A DNA stretch of 64,000 bases. Origin: a virus. Taxonomy: Duplodnaviria > Caudoviricetes. Both the position numbers and the translations under genes were made by a program. How positions within the stretch are numbered: position 1 is the first letter of the stretch; every line of letters starts with the position of its first letter. The stretch spans positions 160,001-224,000 of IMG/VR virus record IMGVR_UViG_3300021387_000661; one strand, given 5' to 3'. A model generated the notes under the pieces. The model saw nothing but the letters and a program-made list of their open reading frames with translations, was not told the DNA's origin and made no database searches. This document shows positions 29,853 to 40,817 of this stretch, piece after piece.

Positions 29853-31739
29853 ATGGCTCAAGCACAAACACAACAGAATACTGTCAAGAAAAATATAATA
29901 TGGAGTACACAACTAGTGGACAACTGGATGTGTGATCATGCTGACGGTACATTCCATAAGGAAAATCCCTGGCTTGATGGACAAGTTGGAGTAAAGCGAG
30001 CAGGACTCTCATTTGAATATACACATGAAGAAATAGAAGAACTAACAAAATCTGCTAATGATGTGATTTATTTTGCCAATCATTATGGGTATTGTATGCA
30101 TGGTTCACAGGGTTATAAACCTATCACATTGAGGGATTATCAGGAAGAGATGTTACATAGTTATGCAGAAAATAGATTTACTTGTTGTATGTCATCAAGA
30201 CAAGTTGGTAAAACAGTTGTGGCTGCTCTTTTCCTTCTCCATGAAGCAATTTTCAATGTTGACAGAAACATAGGTATCGCTGCGAATAAACTCGCAACGG
30301 CAGTGGAAATTATGGATAAGATTAAAGAGATTATGGATTATCTTCCATTCTTTATGAAACCAGGAATCAAGGTCTTCAACCAGACTATGATAGTATTTGA
30401 GAATGGTTGTAGAATCATTGCCCAGGCAACTACGAAAAGGTCTTTCATTGGTTTTACTATCCATACTCTTTATTGTGATGAGTTTGCACATGTTGAACCA
30501 CACATCCTTGATGAGTTCTATGAAAACATCATGCCTACTGTTTCTTCAATGGATGACTCAAAAATTATCATCACTTCAACACCTAATGGATATAACAAGT
30601 TCTTTGACATCTACCAGGGTGGTGTTGATGGTACTAATTCATATCATTCATTGAGGGTCGATTGGTGGCAGGTACCTGGAAGAGATGATGAATGGAAAGA
30701 AAAAACCATTGCAGATTGTGGTGGAGAAGATGAGTTTATGAGACAGTTTGGTAATTCATTCCTCTCAACAGGTAACACACTGCTATCCCCAGACAGTTTG
30801 GCAAAACTTCAGAAAAACAGAATAAGGTTTATTAGAAAAGACATACCAGAAGTAGAAAGAAACTGGGAAGATGAGTTCAGAGGCCTTCTTTTCCATCCTG
30901 ATTTTGATGTGGATGAGTTCAGGAACAAAGACAAGAAATGGGTGTTGAGTATAGACCTGTCTGAAGGTGGTGGAGGAGACAATTCTATTCTTAATTTCTT
31001 CAATTTGAGGATGAAGAATAAAGAACTATTGAAGAAAGACCTCAATGATTCTGATAAGGAAATAAAGAAATCGGATTACTTCCAACTTGTACAGGTTGGT
31101 AGGTTTAAGAGTAATATCATATCTCTTGAGAAACTTGCAAAACTTACCTATATATTGGTAATGAATGTGATAGGTCCTGACAATATCAGACTTGTTGTAG
31201 AATACAATGCCTTTGGTAGTGAGTTTTTGAGACTTCTTCAGACTGTCTTTGGCGATAAGAATGACTTTGATCCATCTTGTGTATTGAAGTTCTACCATTC
31301 AAGTGATGCAAAAACCAGGAAGTATGGACTTAAGGTAAGACCTGATAATAAACCTATTATGTGTATTACCTTAAAGGGTATGATTGCAAATGACAATATC
31401 ATAGTCACTGATGATGACACTGTGGGTGAATTTGAAGTGTTCAGTAAGGTTGGTGGCACCTGGAAGGCAAGTAGAGACCATGATGACCTTGCAATGTCAA
31501 CTGTTGATGTGACTGCAATATTTGATCACCCATATTTTGATGTTATGATGGAAGAGATTATGTGTCTTGAAGAAAATTCTGAAATATACAAACTCTATGA
31601 ATCAAGTATGGATGAGAAGTTTGGTAATCTCTATGACAATTATCAAAACCTTAATCAAATACAAAGAGAGGATCCAGATTTCAGATATAGGGGTAATGAT
31701 TTTGGCGGTTACTTTGGAAATAAAGGAATATATCAATAA
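29853..31739 (+). CDS. terminase large subunit (T4 gp17-like)
   Basis: LRDYQ, Walker A SRQVGKT, Walker B LYCDEFAH, ITSTPNG, nuclease IDLSEG and HDDLAMS. Confidence 0.95.
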   Translation: MAQAQTQQNTVKKNIIWSTQLVDNWMCDHADGTFHKENPWLDGQVGVKRAGLSFEYTHEEIEELTKSANDVIYFANHYGYCMHGSQGYKPITLRDYQEEMLHSYAENRFTCCMSSRQVGKTVVAALFLLHEAIFNVDRNIGIAANKLATAVEIMDKIKEIMDYLPFFMKPGIKVFNQTMIVFENGCRIIAQATTKRSFIGFTIHTLYCDEFAHVEPHILDEFYENIMPTVSSMDDSKIIITSTPNGYNKFFDIYQGGVDGTNSYHSLRVDWWQVPGRDDEWKEKTIADCGGEDEFMRQFGNSFLSTGNTLLSPDSLAKLQKNRIRFIRKDIPEVERNWEDEFRGLLFHPDFDVDEFRNKDKKWVLSIDLSEGGGGDNSILNFFNLRMKNKELLKKDLNDSDKEIKKSDYFQLVQVGRFKSNIISLEKLAKLTYILVMNVIGPDNIRLVVEYNAFGSEFLRLLQTVFGDKNDFDPSCVLKFYHSSDAKTRKYGLKVRPDNKPIMCITLKGMIANDNIIVTDDDTVGEFEVFSKVGGTWKASRDHDDLAMSTVDVTAIFDHPYFDVMMEEIMCLEENSEIYKLYESSMDEKFGNLYDNYQNLNQIQREDPDFRYRGNDFGGYFGNKGIYQ

Positions 31740-31740
31740 T

Positions 31741-31905
31741 ATGTCAAGAGTTAAAGTAACAGAATATAAAGGTTTTTTAATTATATATGGTCCTTTATTT
31801 AAAAGAATTGAAACTATAGATGGACCATATAGTTTTCGTACAATAAAAGAAGCAAAGAAATATATAGATGAAAATTTATTGAATAATGAAAAAAAGGAGG
31901 ATTAA
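31741..31905 (+). CDS. small hypothetical protein (54 aa)
   Basis: ATG immediately after terminase stop; ends at terminator 31891-31916. Confidence 0.5.
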   Translation: MSRVKVTEYKGFLIIYGPLFKRIETIDGPYSFRTIKEAKKYIDENLLNNEKKED

Positions 31906-31914
31906 TCCTCCTTT

Positions 31915-32322
31915 TTATTTTATTCCCAATCCTTTCTTTGCCATATATGCAACCATTTCAGCATATGACATTGTCTTTTCTCCATGTATATTATTCGAGT
32001 GCTTGGTCCCATCAGGAAGTGATTGTTCATCTATTGGTTTATAAAAATTATCATTGTCTGCCGGGATATTGAGGACATCCCCATCTTTTATTGAAAATGG
32101 ATTGAAGATATGATTTGCATACATAACCAAATCTATCATATCAAGATTTTGGGAGGTATTTCTCCAGACAAAATTATCTAACCTACCCTGTTCATCGCTG
32201 TTGACACGTTCTACAAAATTACCATACATTCTACTAACATCAACAACAGGAATACACATATTTTTATATTCCTCACCATCAAATCCTATATATGTGTTCT
32301 TTATATCAAAAATTTTTTCCAT
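31915..32322 (-). CDS. baseplate wedge protein (gp53 / LysM-tailX-like)
   Basis: RLD...LVMYANHIFNPFSIKDGDVLNIP pattern. Confidence 0.6.
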   Translation of the reverse strand: MEKIFDIKNTYIGFDGEEYKNMCIPVVDVSRMYGNFVERVNSDEQGRLDNFVWRNTSQNLDMIDLVMYANHIFNPFSIKDGDVLNIPADNDNFYKPIDEQSLPDGTKHSNNIHGEKTMSYAEMVAYMAKKGLGIK

Positions 32323-32334
32323 TTTAACTTATTT

Positions 32335-34125
32335 TTATTTTAAGATTCCTCCCATTGTCCTTACCACAAGATTATTAACTGATGATCTTTTGTGTATGGA
32401 TGGTGTGGTGGAATATTTACCATCTATTTCATATGTTTTATTTGCTTCCTGATTTTCCATATTCTTGTCTGGCTGGAAATTCTGCATGGAATCAATGGAT
32501 CTATATGCATTCAATATATCACCATTTGTAAATGAATAAAATCTACCTTTTGAACCATTGAACATATTTTCAATCATTGAGTTGTCTCTTGGCATACAGT
32601 GCTCCATTTCAACAATGAATTTTATTTCAGTAGGAAAATCATCATATCCCAAAGCATCACCAAACTGTACTGTGGTTTTTGTCACGGCCATATTTCCCAT
32701 CATAGCAATGGGATCAAGTGGATTTCCAATGGTCACATGCCAGAAACCAGATGGATTTCCAGAAAGAAGTGCAGGAACAGCCACACCTTCACCAGCTACA
32801 CCAATATTACCACCAAGAAGATTACCAACAAGACCCTGAATAAATCCAGATCCTATTGTCTTCAATCCATTTACAAGTTTACCCATAAAAGTATCAGGTG
32901 TAGAACCGTCACTTGACAGGGATATCTTTCTAAATCCTTCCCTGACATCTCCGGCAAGACTCCTTAAATATGCACCATATTTACCCTGTCTTAATAAATC
33001 CGGATCACCATATTGAGGTGCAATGTTTCTGTTACCATAGAATATTGTCTCACCACCCCAGAATGAACCATAATTACCTGTAAGAATTAAGAAATTTGAC
33101 AAGATGTCCATCATAGCAATCCTTGGATTCACACATTTCAATGATTTCAATGAATATTCAAATGTTAGTGAGAAACTATTTGAGAATGTAAGACCTCTAC
33201 TTCTCAATTTTACTTTATTTACAACATTAATGTCACCATAAAGTTCTTCACCATATCTAGCATTAAAAGTATTGCCCTCATACCTATGTTGAGCAGCCAT
33301 TGCCTCTGCCATATTTTTCCCCTTTCCTGCCACCATAGCAGACATAATCCACAAACTTTTTGACTGTGCAGTTAAACTGTTACTACCACCCACCTGGGCT
33401 TCACCAGTTAATAGGTTTGTAGAGTCTCTTCTTCTCATCTGTGCTGCAAGACCACCATCCGGGTTTTGTAAGGATTCTGTTTTTCCTTCCCTTTCCTCCC
33501 AGTTTGCACCATAATCAAACTTGAGAATATCTGAAAGTTTATTACCTGTCTGTTCTCCCATATATGTAACCGCTGTTGCAAGGGCAAAATATTCATCTGG
33601 ATAATCATTCATCCTGTTTACCATTTCAGCAGGCATATCCAATCCAAACATATGATCAGAACAAGGTCGCGTATACCTTCTTAATGTAATCATATAGTTG
33701 TTTGGAATTTGATTGTAATATTTCAGATAGATAAAATCCTGCATTTTGTACCTTGCAAGACCATGCGGATCAAAATCATCAGAACTATAATAAGATATGA
33801 TATTTTTATATGTGGGATTTTTCTTATCTCTTAAATATGCTTTAAGATATTCATCCTTCATAATACATCTTTCATAGTCACTATATTCTGTGAAATTTAT
33901 ATCCTGTGAGAACATAGGATATCCATTATATATAGTTCTGTAGTTAATTGCCACATTGTCATTCATAATGGAATGAGGGAGGGCAATTACACCATTTGAT
34001 TCATCTGAAGCAACAAAGAAATCCAACCCATCATCCTTATCTGCACTTACATTTTTAACCTCGACAGGAAATGGGGTCATTCTTGCATCTACATTACAAG
34101 CATCAAAATAAAAAGTATTTGGCAT
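32335..34125 (-). CDS. putative baseplate/tail structural protein
   Basis: Late motif at 34154-34147; co-transcribed with the gp53-like gene; no specific family recognised. Confidence 0.5.
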   Translation of the reverse strand: MPNTFYFDACNVDARMTPFPVEVKNVSADKDDGLDFFVASDESNGVIALPHSIMNDNVAINYRTIYNGYPMFSQDINFTEYSDYERCIMKDEYLKAYLRDKKNPTYKNIISYYSSDDFDPHGLARYKMQDFIYLKYYNQIPNNYMITLRRYTRPCSDHMFGLDMPAEMVNRMNDYPDEYFALATAVTYMGEQTGNKLSDILKFDYGANWEEREGKTESLQNPDGGLAAQMRRRDSTNLLTGEAQVGGSNSLTAQSKSLWIMSAMVAGKGKNMAEAMAAQHRYEGNTFNARYGEELYGDINVVNKVKLRSRGLTFSNSFSLTFEYSLKSLKCVNPRIAMMDILSNFLILTGNYGSFWGGETIFYGNRNIAPQYGDPDLLRQGKYGAYLRSLAGDVREGFRKISLSSDGSTPDTFMGKLVNGLKTIGSGFIQGLVGNLLGGNIGVAGEGVAVPALLSGNPSGFWHVTIGNPLDPIAMMGNMAVTKTTVQFGDALGYDDFPTEIKFIVEMEHCMPRDNSMIENMFNGSKGRFYSFTNGDILNAYRSIDSMQNFQPDKNMENQEANKTYEIDGKYSTTPSIHKRSSVNNLVVRTMGGILK

Positions 34126-34201
34126 ATATACATATATGATATATGATATTTATGAATATCCATAAATATTCTATATAAGGTTGTTAAGATATTTTTTACT
34201 T

Positions 34202-35551
34202 ATGTCAAATTCAACAAGATATTTTCAATTGACTCCAGATATACTTGTGGAGTATAATTATAGTAGTTTAAATACAGGAACAATTAGTATTGGACATGAT
34301 AAAGGTAAGATTATTGCAAGAACACTGACTTGGGATGATTCTGGTTTTGTTTTACCTGTGAATAAATCCGAATCAAAATTTATTGCTGCTGGATTCCCCA
34401 TCAGTAAATCTGGATTCACTCCAGAATCTATAAGTGAAGGTATATGTAATGTATTCGCTGATACATTTAAACTTCAATTTACAAGTAGAAATTATTTTGG
34501 AAATAATGGTTATGATGGGTTTATAATTACTGTAAATATATATGACAAAATAAAAAATAAAATTTGTTTGTTTTCTCATTATGTAAGAAAAACAGATGAT
34601 ATCAGTATTAATGAAAATCCTCTACTCATCAACCAAAAGTTATATACTGCAAATTTAAGTTTCAAGATTCCTAATGTATATGCAATATTATATCCGGAAA
34701 AGGTTGTAAATTCTAATGATGAAAATCTATTAAGGTCTAAATTGTTTCCTACATATGGTATATTGGATAACACACCTATAATTATGAGTATATATGGTGT
34801 AAAATCCACTGTGGTTGAGCATACACATGAATATTATACTGTAGAAAAAATTAATTCCATTTATATCCCTGTTGAAGATCATACAAAAAAATTGAACTTC
34901 ACCATTTATGAAGATAAAAAATATGACTACTTTGTAATTAAAACTGATAAAGATAGTGGATCTTTATCTTCTTATTTGAATACTATATCAGATGGTCATC
35001 CTGAATTGTATATTGTATTCCATGAATTAACTGTTACAGAAAACGTTGTGGATAGTAATAATGATCCCCATAGTGAAATCACACACCATGAACAGTTTCT
35101 CATAAATGGTGGAAAACAAACTGAAGATGGAATTATTGTAAATGGCAGTGAACTGGATAAAGAAATATATTTCAGACCTGTTATACGGTATGCAGACAAG
35201 GATGTATCTGTTAATATTGATGTAAAAACTTATATTATCAACACTCTTGACAATACAACAATAGTAAAACATATATCCCTTGATAGTAGAGATCCAGAAA
35301 GTAGATTCGACCCTAACAAATATGGTAAAAAAATAAATCAAATTGTACTTGATGGTTCTGAAAACAATAAAAAATTGACACAGGTGAAAGTATATAACAA
35401 GAGACCAGACATTGATCTTGATGGTGTTAAGATTACCAATGCCAGTTCTAATGTCAAGATTGAAAACCACCAGCATTCAGTTATTGGGTTTATTGAATGT
35501 GCAAATGTGGGGGTTTCAATAGAACAAATACCAACAGAGTTGTTACAGTAA
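34202..35551 (+). CDS. putative virion structural protein
   Basis: Late motif at 34161-34168; beta-rich; ATG start preferred over upstream TTG. Confidence 0.5.
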   Translation: MSNSTRYFQLTPDILVEYNYSSLNTGTISIGHDKGKIIARTLTWDDSGFVLPVNKSESKFIAAGFPISKSGFTPESISEGICNVFADTFKLQFTSRNYFGNNGYDGFIITVNIYDKIKNKICLFSHYVRKTDDISINENPLLINQKLYTANLSFKIPNVYAILYPEKVVNSNDENLLRSKLFPTYGILDNTPIIMSIYGVKSTVVEHTHEYYTVEKINSIYIPVEDHTKKLNFTIYEDKKYDYFVIKTDKDSGSLSSYLNTISDGHPELYIVFHELTVTENVVDSNNDPHSEITHHEQFLINGGKQTEDGIIVNGSELDKEIYFRPVIRYADKDVSVNIDVKTYIINTLDNTTIVKHISLDSRDPESRFDPNKYGKKINQIVLDGSENNKKLTQVKVYNKRPDIDLDGVKITNASSNVKIENHQHSVIGFIECANVGVSIEQIPTELLQ

Positions 35552-35578
35552 AAGAGAACTAAAAAGTTCTCTTTTTTT

Positions 35579-35610
35579 TTTGGAATTGTCAGAAATTATT
35601 ATTATCTTTG
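35579..35610 (+). promoter_or_regulatory. Bacteroidota sigmaA-type (early) promoter TTTG-N20-TATCTTTG
   Basis: Matches the -33 TTTG / -7 TAnnTTTG consensus. Confidence 0.75.
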
Positions 35611-35630
35611 TGGTGAAAACAAGATGATAT

Positions 35631-35831
35631 ATGAAAAAGATTAAATTCAACTTTCAGGGAAAACAAAGAGTTCACACTTTTTTCTTTGGGATTAAACCTG
35701 GTGTTAATGGATTTAGTATCCGTGATGACAGGGGTATTCTTCATGACTGTTTACTTACAAATAATGTAGTGAATATCTATGGACTGGATTCAGATGTGTT
35801 GGAAGAAAAGAGTAATGTTGAAATACTTTGA
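35631..35831 (+). CDS. hypothetical protein
   Basis: First ORF after early promoter. Confidence 0.55.
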   Translation: MKKIKFNFQGKQRVHTFFFGIKPGVNGFSIRDDRGILHDCLLTNNVVNIYGLDSDVLEEKSNVEIL

Positions 35832-36448
35832 ACAATATGCTTACAATAAAAGAAATTAAGGATTCTGGTGGTCTTTATACCATTCCTTCTTATGTACATT
35901 TCAACAAGGATATTTGTTTTGACTTTCGCTTGTTTGATGCACTTGTCAACCCAAATTCTGATGGGTGTGCAGACTATAAATATGACTTTAATGTCTATCT
36001 GCCAAAATATGGTGTATATCTTCAGAGACCTTATGTTTGGGAGCATTGTCAGCAGCAGGAGTTTATTCTATCTATACTCCAGGAGAAACCTATTGATTCC
36101 ATCATCCTGGTTCAGCATGATAATGACACAAACAGGATGAATAGGACAAACATAGTAAATTATGTCATTGATGGTAAACAGAGGTTGATGACCATCCAGA
36201 AGTTTGCCAATAATGAGTTCCCTATATATATCAATGGGAAGGAGTACTATTTCAGGGATTTTGATAAAGACCTTCAGAGGTTCTTCAAATCCAGGGTCAA
36301 CTATTTCATTGGTACTGTGTATTACTCTTACCCTGATGCACCGGTGACTGAAGATATGCTCATCACCCTCTTCAATTTCTACAACTTTGCCGGGACACCA
36401 CAGACAGAGGAACATAAAAATAAACTTCAAAGTTTGTTGGAAAAATAA
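35828..36448 (+). CDS. stand-alone DUF262 (GmrSD N-terminal / ParB-like) domain protein
   Basis: LQRPYVW...FILSIL..KPIDSIIL and VIDGKQRLMTI motifs. Confidence 0.75.
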   Translation: MNNMLTIKEIKDSGGLYTIPSYVHFNKDICFDFRLFDALVNPNSDGCADYKYDFNVYLPKYGVYLQRPYVWEHCQQQEFILSILQEKPIDSIILVQHDNDTNRMNRTNIVNYVIDGKQRLMTIQKFANNEFPIYINGKEYYFRDFDKDLQRFFKSRVNYFIGTVYYSYPDAPVTEDMLITLFNFYNFAGTPQTEEHKNKLQSLLEK

Positions 36449-36537
36449 GTCTTATTTCCATTATTACAAAAAAATCGCCCTCATTTGAGTGCGATTTTTT
36501 CTTATTTCTGCACTAAACTTGGTGCGATTATTAAAAT

Positions 36538-37002
36538 TTAGTCTTTATCTTCTTTTTTCTTCTTTTTCTTATCGTCATCGTCATCATCTTTCTCCTCTTT
36601 CTTCTCGTCCTTTTCTTTTACCTCTTCCTCTTCTTCGTGCTTCTCCTCTTTTTTCTCTTTCTTTTCACCATCTTTCTTTTCTCCCTTATCACCTTCTTCT
36701 TTTTCAGATGGTTTTGCATCAGTATTTTCTGTTGGTTTTTCATCAACATCCTTACCACTGACAACATCCTTGGCAATGACAGTTTCATCTTTTTCTACAG
36801 GAACAATAACATATGATTTATTAAGTTCATCATTATGTTTCTTCAAATTCTTTGTTTCTGGACATTCTTCTTTCTCACCTTCTGCTGTTTTTTTATTCCA
36901 GTAGGTTTCATAATCATCAATTGTACCTTGATAATAACGGATTTTTTTCAAAATGAAATCTTCTTGACCTTCTACAGGTATTTTTTTATCTTCTTTACTC
37001 AT
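36538..37002 (-). CDS. highly charged low-complexity (E/K/D) protein
   Basis: C-terminal half almost entirely E/K/D; late motif at 37032-37025. Confidence 0.6.
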   Translation of the reverse strand: MSKEDKKIPVEGQEDFILKKIRYYQGTIDDYETYWNKKTAEGEKEECPETKNLKKHNDELNKSYVIVPVEKDETVIAKDVVSGKDVDEKPTENTDAKPSEKEEGDKGEKKDGEKKEKKEEKHEEEEEVKEKDEKKEEKDDDDDDKKKKKKEDKD

Positions 37003-37077
37003 AATATAAATATCTATTATAAGTTATTTATGATAGTTTATTTTTGTTATATTTATTAACAGGTAAATAAGTATTTT

Positions 37078-37878
37078 ATGAGTAAGAATTATTATGATGT
37101 TCTGGGAATAAAAAAGACAGCAACCCAGGATGAAATAAAGAAAGCATATAGGGAGTTATGTAAAAAATACCATCCTGACAAGAATGGTGGTGATGATACA
37201 AAATTCAAAGAAATTAATGAGGCATATGAAACCCTTGGAGATGAAACAAAGAGAAAGCAATATGACTCACCTGGTGGATTTGGTGAATTTGGTGGATTTA
37301 ATGGGTTTAGTGGATTCAATGGGTTTAATGGATTTCATGGATTCAGACAAATGGCATCTGATATACAAATGAAGATAACTATATCCATTGAAGATGCATA
37401 TTATGGTTGTAAATATCCTGTTAATGTAAATGGAAAACTCTATTCAATAGATATACCAAAAGGCATTACAAATGGAAAGGTATTGAAAATATCAGGACTT
37501 GGTACAAAGGGGTATAATATATATGGTGAACAAACCACTGGAGATTTAATTGTACATATTTCTGTACAAAATACAGATAAGATGTATTTAACAAGTATGG
37601 TTAATGGTACAACTGTTCTTGAAGTTCTCCAGGCGGTAGACTGGATAGATGCAATACTTGGTGCAGAGATTACTGTGAAGGTGTTTGACAGGGATGTGAA
37701 GGTAAGAGTTCCTAAATTCACACAGAATGGTGGATATACTATGGTTGGTGGTCAGGGTTTCCACAAGTATAATTCAGATGAACTGGGGAGTTTGAGAGTT
37801 AACTTTATTATTAAAATGCCAAAAAATCTCACAGACAGTCAACTTGAACAACTTAAAAAAATAAAAGAGAGCATGTAA
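37078..37878 (+). CDS. dnaJ: DnaJ/CbpA-type co-chaperone
   Basis: J domain with HPD, G/F-rich repeats, C-terminal domain without zinc finger. Confidence 0.9.
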   Translation: MSKNYYDVLGIKKTATQDEIKKAYRELCKKYHPDKNGGDDTKFKEINEAYETLGDETKRKQYDSPGGFGEFGGFNGFSGFNGFNGFHGFRQMASDIQMKITISIEDAYYGCKYPVNVNGKLYSIDIPKGITNGKVLKISGLGTKGYNIYGEQTTGDLIVHISVQNTDKMYLTSMVNGTTVLEVLQAVDWIDAILGAEITVKVFDRDVKVRVPKFTQNGGYTMVGGQGFHKYNSDELGSLRVNFIIKMPKNLTDSQLEQLKKIKESM

Positions 37879-37915
37879 GCTCTCTTTTGTTGTTATGTGC
37901 TATGTATGTGTTATA

Positions 37916-38470
37916 TCAGAAAACAAAATCAATTATGTTTCCTGCAACACTATTATCACAAAGGAAATCAATGTTAACTTTTGCTACATCTTTGTTTCCA
38001 GAAATCTCTCTTCCAGAAAGTCCTCTTTCCTTATAATAACTCTTGAATGCTTTTACAACAACTGTGATTGTATCAAGGTCTGTTGCTTTTGTAAGGTTTG
38101 AATAATTGGTGCGACCAATGTAAAGTTTACCAGGTTTTTCAACAATGATATTAGGAAGAACCTTCTCAACAAGGAATGTCTTCAATGTTTCTGGATCAAC
38201 ATCCTTATCACCCTCAAGGATATAACCACCAAATGATTGACCATTTATAGAAGGGTTCATAAGATATCCAAGTTTGGTTATACCTTTTACATCACTATCA
38301 ATTACACCCTGGCAATCAAACCAGAATGGTATTCTTTCTTCAATAAGTTTGCAGAGAATTACTTCAAAGGTATTTTTGAAATCATTATATGTGAGTTTCC
38401 TACCTTCTCTCTCATCTCTATACTTTGATAAAATTCCTTCATTAAGGAACTGTTTCCAAGATGGCATCAT
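37916..38470 (-). CDS. putative internal head protein with capsid-targeting-like leader
   Basis: MMPSWKQFLNE|G; late motif at 38508-38501. Confidence 0.5.
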   Translation of the reverse strand: MMPSWKQFLNEGILSKYRDEREGRKLTYNDFKNTFEVILCKLIEERIPFWFDCQGVIDSDVKGITKLGYLMNPSINGQSFGGYILEGDKDVDPETLKTFLVEKVLPNIIVEKPGKLYIGRTNYSNLTKATDLDTITVVVKAFKSYYKERGLSGREISGNKDVAKVNIDFLCDNSVAGNIIDFVF

Positions 38471-38500
38471 AATTTTTTACTATTAAAATTTACTATATTA

Positions 38501-38522
38501 TATTTATGAAACAACATAAATA
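38501..38522. promoter_or_regulatory. back-to-back late promoters (CATAAATA - at 38508-38501; + at 38515-38522)
   Basis: One motif per strand between divergent leader-bearing genes. Confidence 0.6.
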
Positions 38523-38526
38523 ACTT

Positions 38527-39855
38527 ATGAGAAAATTGAGTAATATAACTGAATCGGTCTGGAATGACATCAGGAAAAGAGGAAATGGAACTGAAGTAAG
38601 GAAGGAAGATGAAAGGCATAAGATTTTAGAAAGACTTCTTGCAACATATATAAAGTTGTTTGCAGAGAGTTGTTACTATCATGATGAATATACATCAGGT
38701 AGTTATCCAGATTTTAGGGCATATATAAAAGACTTCAGGGATAATCCAAGAATTGAAGAAGTGTGTCCTGATGATTCATATTTTGATGACTTACTTAATT
38801 ATGTTAATAAGGAAACCTGGAATGATCAGATTATTGATACTGTAATGGAAATGACAAACAGACTTGATAAAGGTGAACATCTGATAACTGATGATGTCAT
38901 TGAAGAATTGAAGAAACATAATATAACTGAATCAGTCTGGAATGACATCAGGAAAAGAGGAAATGGTACTGAAGTGAAGAAAGAGGATCATATAGATCTT
39001 CTTGATCCTGATGATTTTGTTTCCTATATAAGAAAAAACTACAGGATTGATAATACACCATATGATATTGAAAACCATATGAATTCTTCTAATATTTTCA
39101 TACCTATCTGTACCTGTGGTGTAAAAATGATAAAATTGATGGCAATATATTTTGAGTATGATGAAGGTGTGGTATATACACACAATTCAATCAAAAAATA
39201 TATACCTAAATTATGGACAAAGTTAGACCAGGAATTTGACTTATGGGATAATGATCCTGATTATCAAGACTATACAATTATAAATCCAAAGGACACAAGT
39301 AAAAAAATAACCAATTCATTTGTACTTGAAGTTTTGAATTTCATCATAGATAACATAGATGATGTAGATAATGATACTATTAAATCTTGCATTTCCAGAA
39401 AAATAAATGAATCAGTCTGGAATGACATCAGGAAAAGAGGAAATGGTACTGATGTCAAGAAAGAGGATGATGTTGACCTTATGGATGCTGATGCATTTCT
39501 TCAGTATTTGAAAGACCATTATGATTCTACTAACATTGAATTTAGAGAGGATATGGGACAATATTATCATTGCTTTTTAATTAATATATTGAAATTGTTC
39601 TCAAATGTAAGTTATTTTCTTTCTTATGACTTTAAAAAGAAGAATATTTCATTTAATCTTGATTTGAAAAACCATTATCCAGATTTATTTATAAAGATGA
39701 ATGATGCTTTCCGCATTATGGGTATAAACAGGACAACTTGTTATATATATGACAAAGATAGTTTAGATGTAACAAATTCATTATATATTAAGGTGTTGAA
39801 TTTTATCATTGATAATGTTGAAAATAAAGAAGATTTACTAATAAATAGAAAATGA
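38527..39855 (+). CDS. leader-module polyprotein (3 units)
   Basis: ITE|SVWNDIRKRGNGTEVRKEDE, ITE|SVWNDIRKRGNGTEVKKEDH, INE|SVWNDIRKRGNGTDVKKEDD. Confidence 0.85.
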   Translation: MRKLSNITESVWNDIRKRGNGTEVRKEDERHKILERLLATYIKLFAESCYYHDEYTSGSYPDFRAYIKDFRDNPRIEEVCPDDSYFDDLLNYVNKETWNDQIIDTVMEMTNRLDKGEHLITDDVIEELKKHNITESVWNDIRKRGNGTEVKKEDHIDLLDPDDFVSYIRKNYRIDNTPYDIENHMNSSNIFIPICTCGVKMIKLMAIYFEYDEGVVYTHNSIKKYIPKLWTKLDQEFDLWDNDPDYQDYTIINPKDTSKKITNSFVLEVLNFIIDNIDDVDNDTIKSCISRKINESVWNDIRKRGNGTDVKKEDDVDLMDADAFLQYLKDHYDSTNIEFREDMGQYYHCFLINILKLFSNVSYFLSYDFKKKNISFNLDLKNHYPDLFIKMNDAFRIMGINRTTCYIYDKDSLDVTNSLYIKVLNFIIDNVENKEDLLINRK

Positions 39856-40817
39856 TACCAGATTTTAAGACATACATTAAAGAATCCATCTGGGGTGACA
39901 TCAGGAAAAGAGGAAATGGTACTGATGTCAAGAAAGAAGATGATGTTAATCATATGAATTTTGATACATTTGCTGATTACATTAAAGATAACTATTCAGA
40001 AAAAGGAGATTGGTTTTCTATTGGTGAAAGTTCAGATGAAAAATCAAGACATATAGAAATAGATATTATCTCTGGAATCGATTTAAGTTTTAATGTAGTT
40101 AATGGAAAGATATATAATATATTAATACAAAATAATGCCAACAAATATATAGATGTACCTGGACTTAAAAAGATATTTAATGTAAATATACTCGGTAGTG
40201 GTACATTTGGTGTTGTTGAAAAGGATTGGACAAGATCAAATAATACATTTGTAAAATTGATTGAATTTTTCCTGGAGAAAAAGACAAATGAATCTATCTG
40301 GAATGACATCAGAAGGCGAGGTAATGGAACTGATGTCAAGAAAGAGGATGATGTTGACTTACTTGAACCGCAAGCATTTGTTGAATATCTCAGGGAGACA
40401 TATAAAAATGTGAATACTGACTTCCATATTTTTAAGGATTTGAATGATAAAATAACTGTTCCTATCTTTGAAACAGATTTAGGTACAAAAGTAACCTGGT
40501 TCTTGGAGTATGATTGTGATAAAAATGAAGTATTTGTCTGGAAACAATTTTTAATTAAAGATGATGAACTTTTTAATAAACTCAAAAATAATTATAAAAC
40601 GGAGATTATAAAAAAAGATTTTACAGAATATGTTTTAATAGAACCAAAAATAGGTAAGTCATCAAACAAGTTCTTTATAGAAATCATTGATTATATTCTT
40701 GAAAATGCATATATCTTCTTCAAAAGAATACTTGTTAAGAATAATAAATTATCTGAATCTATATGGAATGACATACGTAGAAGAGGTAATGGTACTGATG
40801 TTAAAGAAGAGGATAAT
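38551..40817 (+). repeat. six in-frame ~63-bp copies of the leader module (starts 38551, 38929, 39409, 39882, 40290, 40755)
   Basis: For example GAATCAGTCTGGAATGACATCAGGAAAAGAGGAAATGGTACTGA is identical at 38929 and 39409. Confidence 0.9.

Noticed and set aside
24529-32322. Bacterial T6SS/eCIS locus (spike, baseplate, Clp ATPase)
   Set aside because: Terminase, neck protein, clamp loader and T4-like late promoters show this is a phage genome.
37272-37344. 9-bp tandem repeat (GGATTT/GGTGAATTT type) as a contingency locus
   Set aside because: It encodes the normal G/F-rich linker of DnaJ, in frame and degenerate.
38551-40817. Regularly spaced ~63-bp direct repeats as a CRISPR array
   Set aside because: The intervals are ~380-520 bp, the repeats are in-frame coding with synonymous variation, they are not palindromic, and no cas genes are present.
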